The notes: generated by a model from the sequence alone, not told the origin. A stretch of 63,980 bases of DNA, filler included, from Aduncisulcus paluster (GCA_024181965.1; 11 parts of 11 records of this genome joined end to end with filler, not necessarily neighbours in it); one strand, 5' to 3'. Shown: positions 35,614 through 49,326, numbered from the whole stretch's first letter. Numbers and translations are program-made.

Positions 35614-37243
35614 AATCATCTCTGTGATCATAACCATCTCTGCGATCATAATCATCTCTGCTACGACCATCTCTCCCGTCATCTCTCCTGTGGAAGTCAG
35701 ATTCATGAGCAGGGGATCTATCTGGGTGATAATACGATGGCTGATGTCCTTGACGTTGTGGAGATCGATGGTAAGCATCATACCGAGAAGATCTATACCG
35801 ATCGGCATCAGAATCCTCCCTCGACCTACCCTCTGGACTTCTCCTCTCTTCCATACCTCTTCTTCCTCTTTCCCGATCTCTCCTATCATCCCTCATCCTT
35901 GCTTCCATCTGAGAAGGTTTAGTACTGATAGTGGGGAGTTTTGAGGGCCTAGGTTGGGAAGGAGATGGAGATTGATGATGATCCGACGGCATTGGACGGC
36001 GTGCGACAGGTGAATGGCGGTATGGCTGTCGTCCATCATCATAACCTCTTGGAGAAGAATGCCTAGGATCTCCGCGATACTGGTCTCTAGCAGCATGCTC
36101 ATCATAACGATGATCGTATGATCCTGATGAAGATGAAGGCAATTGTTTATATTTGGAGTGATAACTAGATGGTCTGGAAGAACTCTTTCGTGATGATGAA
36201 TGTGAATAATAATCATATCCATCTCTTTCCCTTACTCCCCTCCTATCCCGGTCTCTATCCCTGTCCCGGTCTCCATCGCGGAAAGAGGGTGAATGTGAGT
36301 GGATAGAGGGAGTGGAGTGTCGTGGAACCATACGGGGTTTGGCAGATGCTCTCTTGCGACGAAGAAGCTCCTCTTGCTGAGCACGCTGCTGTTCAATGAT
36401 TGTAGTCGATTCTACCAAAATTCCAGTCAAACGACGTTCTTTGGGGGGTTGTCCGGGTTGAATAACAACCTTCTTGAATAGTAGAGCATAATCAGCATTT
36501 AACAGTTGGGTTTCGCAGGATATTGTTGGTGATAAAAGCAACGAATGGTGAATTGGAGTTACAGGTTGTGTATCAACGTCGGATTGTAACTCTAGATAAG
36601 GATTAGCAGCCCTTTTGGCAGCTTTTTCTTCTTCAATATCGATGTCAATGATTTTAATGGTTGGAGGTGGTTTTTCACGGAGAACAAATATTCGGTGAAT
36701 GTTTGCGTTCGGATTAATAACAATTTCAGACAAATAAGCAAATGAAATATCAAAATATAGGCCCAAAAGACCTGCAACATCAATAACAAGATTGACCCAT
36801 TTGCCCATAACCGCATGAAGAGGGATTCTTGCATGCAATGGGGTTATTTTCTGATCTCTGAAAGCAGTACTAAAGAAAAGACGACGTCGCGTGCCATCTG
36901 TCCCATTTACAGCAATTTCAAATGCAAATGATTGACTTGGGGGAATTGATAGTTGAAAAACGACATAAGGGAAGTGTAAATTCACTAAAAAGAATAACAA
37001 AAAAATTAGTCTTTGATAATTATGGAAAAAAAACAAATTATACAAATATCATTGAAAAGTAGTTACAATACAATTTTGTTTTGCGCTTGCTTTGGGAATA
37101 AACAGTCTGGATCCAGCACCACCAGCGACAGAAAAGACAAATGATTTAATGTCTTTGGAGTATATTTTTTGGGTGCAATGTTTTGTAAATCCCCAATTTT
37201 TGAGAGGATTTCCACCCTTACCTTCTAATAGTACACTGTGCAT
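35614..37243 (-). CDS. CFAP20-domain (DUF667/C3orf67-like) protein with R/S/D-rich tail; intron 36985-37071; 3' partial
   Basis: GGNPLKNW, SKDIKSFVF, spliced KQNLNLHFPYVVFQL, RRRLFFSTAF, TPLHARIPL, KWVNLVID. Intron GTATTG...ACTAAT...TAG. Confidence 0.8.
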
Positions 37244-37462
37244 CGACCAAAAGGTAAGGAACAATTGAAATGGCTCAAATAGACTGTTAGCATCTACATA
37301 AGACCTTATTTATTTTAAAAAAAGATGATTGAACATTGAATTCACATTTAATTAAATGTTTATGAAGTGACAGCATTTGATAAATGATATTAACTGATAA
37401 GTCACTTTTTGCTCGGTTTCATCGTTTATTCTGTCAAAGAATAGTTTATAAATTGAAATATT

Positions 37463-37933
37463 ATGAAGAGAGAACCAATAACCACGGAAGAAATATATGA
37501 TATTGTGAGATACATTAAAGATCCTGAACATCCAATGACTCTTGAAGAATTGAATGTAGTTATACCATCATATATTACAATTGATGAGGTGCATAATCAT
37601 GTTGTAATATATTATAAATTAACAGTTCCGGATTGTCCTTCTGGAGCTATCATTGGATTAGCAATCAAAATTGCTTTGTCAAGGTCATTGCCGATAAGAT
37701 ACTCAGTATGTTGAATATTATTAACCATTTAGTAATATATTCATTGTTATCTTTTGATGTGATTTGATTTATATATTTTCTTCTTCTTTATTCCTTAGAC
37801 TGAAGTTTTATGTCTTCCAGGATCTCATCACAGCGAATTCGTATTGAACAAACAAGTTAATGATAAAGAAAGGGTCTCAGCAGCCCTTGAGAACCCCAAA
37901 ATATTGACAGTTATCAATCAAGCTCTTCCATAG
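37463..37933 (+). CDS. CIA2: Cytosolic Fe-S assembly component CIA2/MIP18 (FAM96); 2 exons (37463-37705, 37799-37933)
   Basis: IYDIVRYIKDPEHPMTLEELNVV...TVPDC...IIGLAI. Exon 2 reads PGSH...LNKQVNDKERVSAALENP. Intron 37706-37798 (GTATGT...TAG). Confidence 0.92.
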
Positions 37934-38479
37934 TTTTATTTTTTATTCTTGACCGCAACCATGGTACCGAAAGTTTATTCAGAGGCCAGAAGATTGTTTA
38001 AACCCAACCTTTTAATAATATTTCACATCCCATTCTCGATGTCCTTTCGACCACTCTGTTCGAGATCATGAGATATTTTTTTTTTTTTTTTTTGAGTTAT
38101 GAATTGATCTCTGTCGTACGTTTTAGTCGGAACTTGTGTCATATAACCAAGAAAATTTATAATTTAAAACAATGAGCTTCACTAATTGCTTTGAATTATA
38201 TGAATAAATCCCTTCAGGATTGCACAATTCACACAATGAATACCACAATCAAATGTCAAATATCAATATAAATTAAAATATTATTTGCGTTTGTATGATT
38301 GTAGTCTCCAAGTTTCTCCTTTTCCTTTTTCTTTTCCTTTGATTGCTCCCCGAATTATCGGTTCCCTTCCTTTTCACCTTTTTCTTTGTTGATTAAGACA
38401 AATTAAATTAAACAATAGAATTAATTCCTTTATACAGATACTGTAATACTAAATATATCAAATATAACACATTCATTTC

Positions 38480-40569
38480 TCACAATAATATTTCATAAAC
38501 TCCTCCACTGGATAAACCCGCAATAACTCCTCCCATGCCAGACTCCAAGCATAATACCTCACTCGGCATTCCAATGTGTCCTTCGTATGAAATAATACCT
38601 TCGTCAGACACCTTTAAAACCAATATTCTATCCAAATTAGCAATGACAATTCTATTCCCAATGCATTTGAGGAATGTTACCGACAAGAGAGTGATGTCAG
38701 AAAACGTAAACACAATATTATCAGTAGATGGCGAGTAAACACTTAATTTATGAGCATGGGCAACAATTAAGAAACCATTGAAAGTGAATGAACAGCTTCG
38801 ACACCCGCCAGAAGCTACTTTTTTCCAGCCATGTCCAGACGAAAACAATGCTTCATGAATACTCATTTCTGAAGACAAAAATGATAAAGAATCCTGGAAG
38901 GCATTACCAACCCATAACCATGCGATTTGTTGGGACACGATTGCAAATAGCCTCCCATCATTGCTCAACGAAATACAATTTGCAGCCCTAAACCTCACAT
39001 CTTTTAATATGTCCTTGCAGTCACCAAAAGAATCAACAATGACGATGGTGCCATCTTCCATAATGATTGAAATCAGCGACTGAGACATACTTGGCTGGGA
39101 ATGTCCAGAACTAACTAAATCAGAAGGTGCAAAAAGCTGACAATCAGGAGAACATGCACAGTATGAGAGGGCTGAAAACGGAAGAGTGATGCTCATATCA
39201 GTGGCAGTCCAGCGTTTGGAACTTCCTCCCGCACCGGAATAACCAGATGAAGCTGAGGAAGAAGTGGAAGAGGAAGAAGAGGAGGAGGAATATGAAGAGC
39301 TTCTAACAACGATGGAATCACTGAGGCTTCGATGTTGTGTTTGGGATGAAAGTTGAGACATTTGGGAACCATCACCACGACATTCCCCTAACGAGCCTAC
39401 TATTTCTTCCCCAGGAGCTACATCCAAGGAATGGCGAATGGGAGACCTAGGACCAGGCANNNNNNNNNNNNNNNNNNNNGGTGCAAAAAGCTGACAATCA
39501 GGAGAACATGCACAGTATGAGAGGGCTGAAAACGGAAGAGTGATGCTCATATCAGTGGCAGTCCAGCGTTTGGAACTTCCTCCCGCACCGGAATAACCAG
39601 ATGAAGCTGAGGAAGAAGTGGAAGAGGAAGAAGAGGAGGAGGAATATGAAGAGCTTCTAACAACGATGGAATCACTGAGGCTTCGATGTTGTGTTTGGGA
39701 TGAAAGTTGAGACATTTGGGAACCATCACCACGACATTCCCCTAACGAGCCTACTATTTCTTCCCCAGGAGCTACATCCAAGGAATGGCGAATGGGAGAC
39801 CTAGGACCAGGCACAGCAGAAGGACTTGTCGGAACATGCACATGTGATGATTTCTTATATTCGTAAATATCAAAAAGGTTCTTTCTTTGTCCAACAAGAA
39901 TGAGTGAATCGTCAATGAATGAGATGATGGGAATGAGCATTGGGGACGTAACATCTTGGCTTTGAGATCGTTTCCATCGAGAAACATAACTGGTCTTTTC
40001 CCACCGTGTTTTCACTGCGATTGGCCATGAACATTCCATCTCAGGCCAAAGAAATGAAGTAACATTCTGATCGAATCCCTGATCCTTCCGTTTCTTCTGA
40101 CCCTGTTTCTTCGATTTAGCCTTTTCATCAACACCTATACTACTATCCTCGTATATTTCTTCATCTTCTTGTGTCAGCTGACTCATGCCATCATCTATCT
40201 GTCTTGGAGTCACCGGTTTCTCAATCATTTCTCCATATGTTTCCCGACTTCTTCTTCCACGAGCAGGATGATCAGGAGACGATTGTGATCCCTCCCCGGA
40301 ACTTTTCTTCCTTTTCCTTCCTTTTATCCTGCCACTCCCTTGGCCTTCTTCCACCCCCTTCTCCTCTTTCCACATTGTCTCCCTTCTGAACTCATACTCA
40401 TCAAGAGTCATCCTCTCAACAATCGTCAGTGAATGGGATTCGAGGACTTTCAGAGCAATGAACTGACCATTCGGGGACACAGCAAGGGATTGAATTGACG
40501 AGTCACACTGGGCAACAGTTCGAATGGTGGCACCAGCTCTTTCAGAAATCATTGCATTAATATTCATGA
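38480..40569 (-). CDS. WD40/beta-propeller-like protein with low-complexity inserts (gap-duplicated segment; 5' possibly partial)
   Basis: IQSLAVSPNGQFIA, CACSPDCQLFA, CISLSNDGRLFA, VLCLESGMGGVIAGLSSGGVY. Confidence 0.6.
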
Positions 40570-40669
40570 NNNNNNNNNNNNNNNNNNNNNNNNNNNNNNN
40601 NNNNNNNNNNNNNTTAATTAATTAANNNNNNNNNNNNNNNNNNNNNNNNNNNNNNNNNNNNNNNNNNNN

Positions 40670-41302
40670 TTGAAATCGAATCCCTTGTGTTCATTAGAGA
40701 TGAAACTCCTGAAGAAATCAAAGCTCGTGAAGACAGAAAGAAACTATGGTCTGAAACTCCAGTTGCGAAACCAGAGTTTGTTAAAGAAGGAGATAAAGAA
40801 TCTTGTGGCAGAAAATCTATTCCCATTCTACGTGACGATCCAAAGCTTGTTGATCCTTCATTCTCAATGGTTAAGTGTAAAGATGATGCGTTTTGTAAGG
40901 GATCTCAGTATTATGACCGGAGTTCAGATGCACAAAAAATGTTAAAAGGGAAAGATGGTGTTTGCTTATCCCATCTTTCCATCCCTTTCTCATCACCTTG
41001 TCCCATGAAAGGTGCTTATATCTGTGTGATTAAGGATATCAGTTCACCCTCTCTTCTCTTCACTTTCACTGATTGTGATGGTAAGAAGATAAACAAAAAG
41101 TATGAATTCACAAGACCTGAACATAAATATGAATTGCACTTCCTTCCTATTGACTTGGATAATGTTGTATTGTGTGAAATTGAAGGGAAAGGTATGTGGG
41201 AAAAGAAGAATAGTCGATATTTCTACATCCGCTCCCTTGTTTTTTACTATTTCACGGGAAACCATTGAAGCTGAACGATTATCTCTACTTCCATGGAAAT
41301 AA
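40670..41302 (+). CDS. Lineage-specific beta-sandwich domain family member (paralog of 62814-63436), 5' partial
   Basis: Closely similar in DNA and protein to the second domain of the 62374 gene. An extra T in the T6 run at 41240-41245 shifts the frame relative to the paralog's end (ERLSLLPWK*). Confidence 0.7.
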
Positions 41303-41902
41303 TTCAAGAAATGGTGTGAAATACTAATATTGTGTGAAGAATCAAAAAAAAAGTGCCTGTTTATATTTCCGGGGTCTTTATTCTAGATTGTTGGACAAAA
41401 TCCCTATGTATAGGGCCTATGAGTTGGAAACGGAAGTCGAATGCAATGCATTCAATGTATTGTCGCGGAAAGAGATTCTCAAAATGGTTTTGAGAACTTT
41501 GGAGAAATATTTTTTCATACAACTGATTTAATATTTCGGCATCATCCCGCTAAAATAGAAATTAATATCACTGCATATTGATCTCGAAATAACTTTCTAA
41601 GAACTCAAGAGAAAAGATATGACTTTTTTTTCATGACTTAGTTCATTGAACTATGATAGTAAATCGCACAAATCAGTTAGAAGGTTCTAAAGATTTTATT
41701 TTTTTCATGAAAATAATAGTATTTATATAAATTTTTCTATTACTATGCCATAGTGACTATGTTGAAACTTCAACCGTTGAACGGTTCAATAATGGGAGAT
41801 GATTTAATTGAGAATGGTACTTGATATATGGTTATGTCCGATATGGACGAAAAATAATTGATATTTTTCATTTCGTAAACACGAAATGTTCAAGAAAAAG
41901 TT

Positions 41903-42256
41903 TCACTCTTCCCACTTGGATCCATCGAGTTTTCGAAGTTCCTCAGTTATTATTTTATCGATATGTGATAGATTACCATGTAATTGATCCACAGAATGAA
42001 TAAAAGCAGCGTGTCCAATTCTAAAACGGAATTTAACGTTATCACCTTCAGGTACAAGATAAAATGTGAGTGTAGCTGTTCTTCTTGGAACAGTTTCTTT
42101 TGCAGTCTGTCGCCTATAAAATTCTACGGCAAAAGATACATGCTTGAGAGTGGTTTCAACTTCATTTATACTATAAGCATATTGAGACATGAGTTTATGC
42201 TCTAAGAAATATTCAATTTTCTTTCTCATCTCTTCTTCTGATATCTTTAATCCCAT
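41903..42256 (-). CDS. Small protein, possibly AKAP14/AKAP28-domain
   Basis: Complete 117-aa ORF. KKIEYFL...VPRRTATLTF...FIH resembles the AKAP14 pattern IEEY...IPRATASVYF...LVH. Confidence 0.45.
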   Translation of the reverse strand: MGLKISEEEMRKKIEYFLEHKLMSQYAYSINEVETTLKHVSFAVEFYRRQTAKETVPRRTATLTFYLVPEGDNVKFRFRIGHAAFIHSVDQLHGNLSHIDKIITEELRKLDGSKWEE

Positions 42257-42802
42257 TGTGTGTGTTAGAGGTCAAAAATGAGAAGAAAAAAAATCTTTTG
42301 AAAACAACAAGAAAAACTCAAATTCATTAAATATTTAAATCAATTCATTATTATTACTTAATGTTTCACTGCATGAATTGATGGATCATTTGTTCTCCCA
42401 TGGACAATCAAAAAATTTCGTTATTGTGCTTTGCTGAATGTTTTATTTGAAATCAACCAAATAAATAAATATATTTGAAGCATTTTATAAATATTCATGT
42501 CACAAAAGTAATAGTTTACATTTTGAAAGACTAAATCACAATTCAATTGACCAATTTACACTTTCTTGACCGTTTCNNNNNNNNNNNNNNNNNNNNGGAT
42601 CATTTGTTCTCCCATGGACAATCAAAAAATTTCGTTATTGTGCTTTGCTGAATGTTTTATTTGAAATCAACCAAATAAATAAATATATTTGAAGCATTTT
42701 ATAAATATTCATGTCACAAAAGTAATAGTTTACATTTTGAAAGACTAAATCACAATTCAATTGACCAATTTACACTTTCTTGACCGTTTCCTTTCAAGCA
42801 AA

Positions 42803-44528
42803 ATGAAAAGTTTATACATTATTGCTGCCTTGTGTTTAGTGACTTTTGTTGCCGCTGTTGATGTTGAATGGCCAAATTCATACACTATTGATTGTGTTTT
42901 CAGAATTGGTGCTGCTGACATTGAAGAGTTAACTCACTTCGAAATTAACACTGCTAATCAACAACTCCGTATTTCTTATTACGATGATTTGGATTTCACC
43001 GTTTGGAACGGACTCCATGCCTGGGATGTCTATGTTGCCAAGGATATTCAACTCTGTGGTTATGGTGGTCTTTTTGCGAACGCTCCTCAGATTCTCCCTG
43101 ACATGAGCTTGTTTGAGCTTGTTGATGGATCTTACATCGTCAACGGTTTGAAGGTTAACAAATATGTTTACTCTGACCACTCTGAATACGAGAAACCTCA
43201 GGTTTACACCTTCTACATGACCCCCGGTGGTACTCCCGTCCAATGGCATATGACTGGATACAACCTTTACGGTATGTAAATTCTAAATGTTATTTCTTTG
43301 ATTTGTCCTTCATTTTTTTATTTATCCTCTAATATTTTTGTTTATTTTTTTAGGCGGTTCTCACTATGACCAGTACATCATTGATTACACCAGTTACACA
43401 CCCAACACCACCACTGATGGTGCTTTCGACAAGCCCTCTCAATGTTCCAGCAGTAACATCCACCTTGACAGAGGTATCTCTTCCCAAAACTCTCTTCTCA
43501 GGGCTCTCATGAGTGTTGCTAAGGCTCCTGAGGCTTCTGCCACCCAAGACGAGATCTTCGATGACTTCAAGCGTCGTTACAACAAGTCCTACGCCACTGC
43601 TGAGGAAACTCAGATGAGAAGGGAACTTTTCAGCCGTCGTCTCAACATGATCAGGGAACACAACGCCTCTGGCCGCAGATTCACTATGAAACTCAACCAA
43701 TTCGCTGATTTGACTCTTGATGAGATTCACAACACTTTCACTGGTAAGGTGAAGCGTAGCCAACTTACAGACGATGAGCACTACCCCAACTACATTCCCC
43801 ACGATGTAACCCCCTCTGGTTCCCTCACTGACAAGACCCCTATTGATTGGAGACTTCAGGGAGCCCCTATGGTCAATGGTCTCGTTAAGGATCAGGGTAA
43901 CTGTGGTTCTTGCTGGTCTTTCGGTGTTATCGGTACCACTGAGGGTCGTCTTGCCCTTAAGAACGGTGAGTGGGTCAACCTCTCTGAGCAACGTGTCATC
44001 AACTGTTCCTGGACTGACGATTATGTCAGTGGAAACCAGGCATGTAACGGTGGAGACGAGTCTCTCGGTCTTTCCCAACTTACCGACATTGGATTTGTTG
44101 AGCAGACTGCCCAGCCTTACCTCAGCATGAACAGTTACTGTGACATGACTCTTGAGGTTGATGACCGCTTCAAGATCATTGGTTACGGAAACCCTGAGAG
44201 TGGAAACCAAGATGATCTCTACACCTGTTTGCAGGATGGTCCCACTGCTGTCGGTACTGCTGTTCCTGAGAGTTTCGTGTTCTACGCCGCTGGTATCTAC
44301 GATGATATCGAGAACTGTCCCAGTGACATTGATTCCATCGTCCATGCTGTCACCCTTGAGGGTTACGGAAGACAGATGAACCCTGACCAACAGGATGAGA
44401 CCGTTGAATACTGGATCATCAAGAACTCTTGGTCTAGTCTCTGGGGTGATGAAGGTTACATTTACATCACTCTTGAAAACGACACTTGCAGTATCAGCCA
44501 AGACCCAAGTTACGCCGTTGTCGAGTAA
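42803..44528 (+). CDS. Papain-family (C1A) cysteine protease, 26/29-kDa proteinase/CfaD type; 2 exons (42803-43271, 43354-44528)
   Basis: Signal peptide, N-terminal extension with spliced GYNLYGGSHYDQY, I29 prodomain (NQFADLT), QGNCGSCWSF, HAV, IKNSW. Intron 43272-43353 (GTATGT...TAG). Confidence 0.92.
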
Positions 44529-44759
44529 ATAATCTAATAAAATGATTTATTGATATTAATTTGAACAAGAATTTGTACGCCACTTGATGTCACCAAACTC
44601 TCTGATGTAGAAAATGTATTTATTGATAATTCTAAATGTGAGGATATATCTTGTTTTGAGGAGACTCATTTTCCTCACCTGTTTCAGATTTCGAAACCGT
44701 TCTTTTGACAAAATTCAGTCGACTATAACGATTTTATTTCAACTAAATACCACGTTGTA

Positions 44760-47700
44760 ATGCATTTTGAACACCTTTTTCCCCTTTCTACGGTATGTCG
44801 TCGTGTTTACCAGATTGATTGTTGAGTTTTATCTTTCAACATTTGTATTTTTTAAAAAATAACTCCAACTCTAACCTACACTAATATTATTGTTCATATT
44901 TTTTGCTACCATTAGGAAATATCCGGTTATAACCCGAATTGCGCCCAATTATGCGATAGATTGCATGAAATGATGAAGATGTTCCAAACAACTCATTCAA
45001 AGGATCTACCAAATAGAATCTTTTTTACTGCAATCTCATACTTGAGATATATCTTTAAGTGCATCACAACTCCATCAGATATTGAAGCCAATCGATCCAC
45101 TTTCATCTTTGTGTTTGAATTCATTCCCGTAGCAGTTACTACAGCGAATCACAAAGATGATATAATGTCCATTCGTTCGTTTCTTGATTTATTGAATCCA
45201 ATGCTTAAAGTTGAAGCAATTCTGAGAGATAAAAGACCAGGACATATTAATTCACTTACAAAAAATCTGTTCAACTTTTTGAGGAGTTCAATGATGATAG
45301 ATTCTCGTTACTGTTTAGATTTTGTAGTAGGTGATGGTAAATGCTCCGAGTTTCTTGAACTTTTGTTCGATTTCTTTATATCTGGACCAGCTGTATCATT
45401 TGAAGAGGATTTTGTTGAGGATATTCTCGCTGGAGTCAAGATATTATCTATTTTGAGCCACACTGAAGCGACGTATACAATTTTCGATTTCTTCTTGCCC
45501 CATGTGATTCATTGGATAGAAAAATATCAGTCACAACGGTTGTGTGGTGATTGGATTACCATATTGAAGGGATTCATGTATGATGATATTATTCGAAAAT
45601 CCGGAGAATTCATGTATGATATTAAGTTTAAATGTCTCAATAGAGAACGAACAAACAAATGCTGGCCTCTCTTTCCCAAGTTGTTTGATGTTATCAAGAA
45701 AGAAATTAGTCTGGAAATTCCCATTATTAATGTTAAGAGAAAACATAGATCACAATGTATATCGTGGGAACTGACTGATTTCCAAGATTATTTCGTAAAT
45801 TTCCTCGATATTTCTTTTTATTTCTGTTCTTGTTCCCACACAGTTGAAGTATTTGATGTCTTGAAGGATTCTCTCGATGACATTATCAAATTTGTTGTCA
45901 CACATCGTGTTGATGGACATATGGCTTCTTTAGCTCGATTGATGTCTTCTTTCTCGAGTATTCCATCCATTGTTTCTCATATTTCGCCCAAATATGATGA
46001 AACTGTGTTATATTGTCACAGAAATAGGGGTTCTAATTCGCTTAGAATAGTATATCCACTTTATATGAGATATTTCTTGAACTGTTATTCTTCCCTTTTC
46101 TTTGAAAAATTGGGTGGATTGATTGATTCCATTGAAGAATGTCAGAATAGTGACGCCTTCGACCAACTCTACTCGAAGCAGGAAGGTAACCTTCTAGAGA
46201 TATTTTCATTTTGTTGCACATCGGATCAAACAATTCGGGATCATCGATTTGAATTGATACTGTGTGTCGAATGTTTGAAGCTTTTTATTTCAGATGAATA
46301 TTCTTCCACTGGACTTTACACCTCCATAGAAACAAAACGTTCTATTTTTAACACTTTCTCTGATTATCTCTCAAGGATTGTACAGGTTTTGGAGGGAGAT
46401 ATTGATCACGAATTCTGTGTGATATGTCGGGAATTTCTTTATATTCGACCCAGTGAACCTCTTTCTTTTCTTGAAAAGATGGAACCTGTGTTGAAGTTTC
46501 TTTTCAAACAAGGCAGTATGAATATGTTATGTGGCGATAATCCTTGTTCTGTCCTTGATATGTGTTATTATTTGGCTACTAATCGCAATAATTGGGATAT
46601 TTTCCGATGCAAATCCCTACTTTTGAATATCCTTATCCCATATTTTAAGGATTGGGTAAGAATCTCACAAAATAGCCAGAATTTTCGATATTTCTTTTCA
46701 ATTTATGAAGCCATTATCAACCGTTCTGAAACTGGAATTACAGATGAAGAGCATGAAGCAATCTGCAATGATTCTTGGCCTTTGTTTGAAACTCTTTTTG
46801 AAGTATTCAAAGGTAAGGAATCTATGATCTTTCAGGATGATTGTAATGACAATGAGGGTAATATGGTTGGTCAACTTAAACTTATTGAAATAATGATCAA
46901 GTTATCGAGTATTCAGTCAAATGCCATGAGAATATATGACATGATAAAGGATGTGCTTCCTGTATGGTTTGAGAATATGAGAACTTCACGAGTGAACACC
47001 TTTGACGCCGCTCAAGCCTGTAAGAAACTTGTTTCTATTTTGTCAAATGTTCCATCTATTGTTCCAAATTTATCCTCAATATTCGATTCTCCCATGATGT
47101 GGTGTTGCCAAAAAGAACCATATAATATGGTTTCTGTTGATGATATTTATTTGAATTATGTTAGAAATTGCCACCCGAATCTTCACTTTTGGCTTGATAA
47201 ACTCGACCACCCATATACACGAGAATTCAAAGATATTCTCTCTCTTTTCCTTGCATATCAATCTCCAGAACAAATTCAAGAACATGAGCTTGTATTGTTG
47301 ATGGGTATGGAATGTCTGACTCGAAGAATCTTCTCAAAAATCGATGACACTTACTGGGTAACTAATTTTATCGAAAATATCCTCGACCATTTAATAATAA
47401 TTGAGCAAACACTCAAAAACTGTCTCATTTCCAAGATTTTTTGGGGGATTTGTGAATGGGTATCCCAAGTACTTTCTAATCCTACGCATTTTCCCGATTC
47501 TATCTCCTTTATTTCTCCTTTCCTTTCAAAATTATCTCCGATTATTGGACATTCCTTCATGAGAAGAGAAACTGAGGGAGATGAATTCATGCTTTCTGAA
47601 CTAGAATTACATACGCTCGATAATTTATCAAGAACAAACGATATTGCAACTTCCTTGCCGATTCTTGGGATTTTGAAACCTCTTATCAAACCACTGATTG

Positions 47701-48766
47701 ATATAATGATCGAGGATGGTGGTAATCATGATGAAAAAGGGGCTACATTTTCACAGTTTACTTCTGTTCTCATTAGAATCACCTCACCAAAACCTGATCA
47801 GGAAATGAATGCCATTCTTCTTGCTGAACTGTGGGATATCTTTCTTCTATTTCGGGAGTTTATTCAAGATCATATTGGAAGATCATTTCTTAATTTGGGG
47901 GCATCTCCAAATTTTATTTCCTTCCTTGCCAATTTATGTCGTGATCAAGCTCATACATGTGAAGTCTATTCTATCGTAAAGGATAGTTTCGGGTTTTGGT
48001 TTCATACTCTTGCAAGCTACGAAAAAACAAATTGGATCGATCTACTCTCTGCTTTTTCCAAGGTTCCATCGCTTGTTCCTCAATTATCGCCCAAATATGA
48101 TGATTATGTCTCCTCATTTTGCAAGCAAGAAGAGTGTAAAACTCTTCCTTCATGTCTACGGGATGTGTACTCCCACATTTCAAGATCCTTTTTATCCCCA
48201 ATCCTCCATTCTATTCCATCCATCTCTCTCATTCCCACTATTGAAACGACACAATACCCGAATTCTTCATCGATTTTGCCCACCGCTCATTTTTGTGATG
48301 GAATTAAGTATGTGTCTTCAATATCTGGAGGATATTTACAACATCAAGAGAGTACTATATGTCTTATCGTTGGAGGAACTGAGCTTGAATATTCTCGGGT
48401 GAGATATGGGGAATTATGTGTTGAAACTTGTGTTGCGAATGAACGAAAGGAAGAAGAAGAAGCTGCTGCCGAGAAGAAGGAAACAAGAGAGAAGGAGGAA
48501 GGAGAGAAGGAAACAGAAATCACAAGAAACACTCGCCAAGTCACCCATTCTTCACTCATTAAATACACTCCTCCCCAACACATGCTTGTGACCATGTCCT
48601 TTACTGAGGAAAGACCTCTTCGACAATCTGTGTATGACTTTATTGAGCGGACTGGTGCATGTGTGGAAATCCTATTTGAAGAACAAACATGTTCATTCGA
48701 AGGGTACGAGCAAGAAGCTTGGAAGGATGGCATGGAAGAAGTTGAAGAATGGAGAGAAATGAAAGG
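44760..48766 (+). CDS. Large helical-repeat (ARM/HEAT-like) lineage-specific protein; exons 44760-44792 and 44916 onward; 3' partial
   Basis: Open frame of more than 1280 aa. Three internal repeats end in S-x-[IV]-P-S-[IL]-V-x-x-[IL]-S-x-x-[YF]-D. In-frame intron 44793-44915 (GTATGT...TAG). Confidence 0.75.
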
Positions 48767-49169
48767 NNNNNNNNNNNNNNNNNNNNNNNNNNNNNNNNNN
48801 NNNNNNNNNNTTAATTAATTAANNNNNNNNNNNNNNNNNNNNNNNNNNNNNNNNNNNNNNNNNNNNAGTCAGAAAAAGTGAAATTGTCACTTGAGAACAA
48901 AATTGCGTCTTCTGAGTCGAGATCACGAATTTTGGTCTAAAAATAGAAATGTGAGATTTCGTTTATTATTACTGATTTCCACCCTTTTGAGTGGAGGGGC
49001 AGGATGTTATGGCCCAGTTCTAAAAATAGAATACACATAGAAGATTTCTTTTTAGTAAATTGCTACCGCAACAATAGTACATCTATTCGCTTCCATTGCA
49101 CGACCAATTCAAAACATTGCTTGCAAGTTGCAAGGACAAAAGCATGACGTTTGCACACTCACAAAGATG

Positions 49170-49250
49170 ATACACACTCACACACACATAGACAGACAGA
49201 CACACAGACAGACAGACAGACTCACAGACAAAAAGAGAGAGACAGAGAGA
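49170..49250. repeat. Mixed (CA)/(GACA)/(GA) microsatellite
   Basis: cacacaca...gacagacagacaga...gagagaga. Confidence 0.8.
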
Positions 49251-49326
49251 AATTGATGAATTGTACAGACTGTAACACGTCATAACAAACACCATTGAGA
49301 AAGACAGTGACTTGTAGAATAGAAAT

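Noticed and set aside
39126..39812. Internal tandem duplication in the WD40-like protein
   Set aside because: Identical copies flank a 20-N scaffold gap, so this is an assembly artefact.
40670..41302. Template/variable repeat pair of a diversity-generating retroelement with 62814-63436
   Set aside because: Differences involve all bases and include indels rather than adenines only, and no RT is present. They are better explained as ordinary paralogs.
43350..44501. 383-aa antisense ORF over the cathepsin
   Set aside because: Shadow of strong codon bias on the sense strand; no recognisable motifs.
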